Below the pieces are notes generated by a model. That model saw nothing but the letters and a program-made list of their open reading frames with translations. It was not told where the DNA came from and searched no databases. Positions 63,268 to 64,000 of a stretch of DNA of 64,000 bases are shown piece by piece (position 1 is the stretch's first letter; every line of letters starts with the position of its first letter). A program made the translations under genes and the position numbers. Source of the stretch: Tubulanus polymorphus (taxonomy: Eukaryota > Animalia > Nemertea); contig NC_134032.1 in assembly GCF_964204645.1 (NCBI RefSeq), positions 8,544,275 to 8,608,274 on the forward strand, read 5' to 3'.

Positions 63268-64000
63268 TATAGTAGATATTTATTACTCATCACAGGTGTG
63301 CAAAATGGTTTGATAGGAAATGGTTTGCATGAACTAATCGTACCCGACATTTCGATCTCACCCTAGAGATCATCGTCATGTGTCAGATCTCTAGGGTGAG
63401 ATCGAAACGTCGTGTGTTTTGCATATTTTAGATTGTTCGAATACAAAAACTACTTGATTTTTTAAATTCTTTTAATTTGTAGATAGTGGGTTTTTATCTT
63501 ATAAAATGCGTTCACTACGTTTGAGTGTGGTTATCGTTCTACCCGCTGGCATGGCACTGTGTATATGTACTTACACAGTATATCCGGATATCCGATTGGC
63601 TAATAATGACATCATCTAAGCTGCGCTTGTAGCTGCGCACCCGGTCTAGTGTGGCAGGATTTCGTACCTTGGCAATTTCGATGCCATCAGGTTCGAATCC
63701 CTGCCGGGGGAGAATGTGTTAGGATATTAGGATATAGTCCGTGTTCAAGATACGTATATATGTTTGTTAGATATTACTACTAGTGCCCCCGACTGGTTAT
63801 TTCACTCATTAACACTTCAAATAATCCGTTTTTCTTTACGAATTATAGAATGGTTGATTTTAATCGGAAATTTCATAAAGTCGCGTTTTGCTTAGTTTCC
63901 GTACTACTTGTAAGCATCGATTTTGGATAAAATTATCTAGAATTCGTGTTAAGCGTTTACAGGATAAACAGCTTTTTAATAATTGCGAATTTTGCAGTTT

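Noticed and set aside
62421-63350. 309-aa ORF of YTTLH repeats
   Set aside because: Translation of the (AGTGT)n microsatellite; no coding evidence.
63640-63720. tRNA gene
   Set aside because: A/B-box-like motifs are present but I could not build a full cloverleaf with an acceptor stem; more likely a SINE head.

Overview
Animal (invertebrate, probably lophotrochozoan; organism is inference) genomic DNA, with spliced genes and many transposons. (1) One complete spliced gene on + (ATG 7669 to TAA 30916) encodes an L1CAM/neuroglian-family type I membrane protein with an unusually short ectodomain: signal peptide, 5 Ig domains, no fibronectin-III domains, a TM helix and a cytoplasmic tail with the ankyrin-binding SFIGQY motif. 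The core exons sum to 2109 nt (702 aa). The first half of Ig1 is encoded by two tandem 103-nt exons that look mutually exclusive, and a series of frame-preserving phase-1 micro-exon candidates lies between the leader exon and Ig1. (2) The locus is a paralog cluster. The leader exon occurs four times (7573+, 45535-, 51523+ truncated, 59062+), there is an inverted pseudogene (36448-45535), and a second direct-orientation paralog starts near 59.1 kb. (3) A degraded Maverick/Polinton-type element (37283-44844; AG...CT ends, TIRs, 6-bp TSD) carries a protein-primed PolB whose motif C holds the remains of a LAGLIDADG-type intein; no integrase or capsid gene is recognisable. A related copy starts at 60173. 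(4) An intronless class A GPCR (47770-48861, -) and its partial duplicate are bracketed by short inverted repeats. The rest is LINE fragments, MITE-like elements and tandem repeats. All calls come from manual reading and translation; no searches were run.
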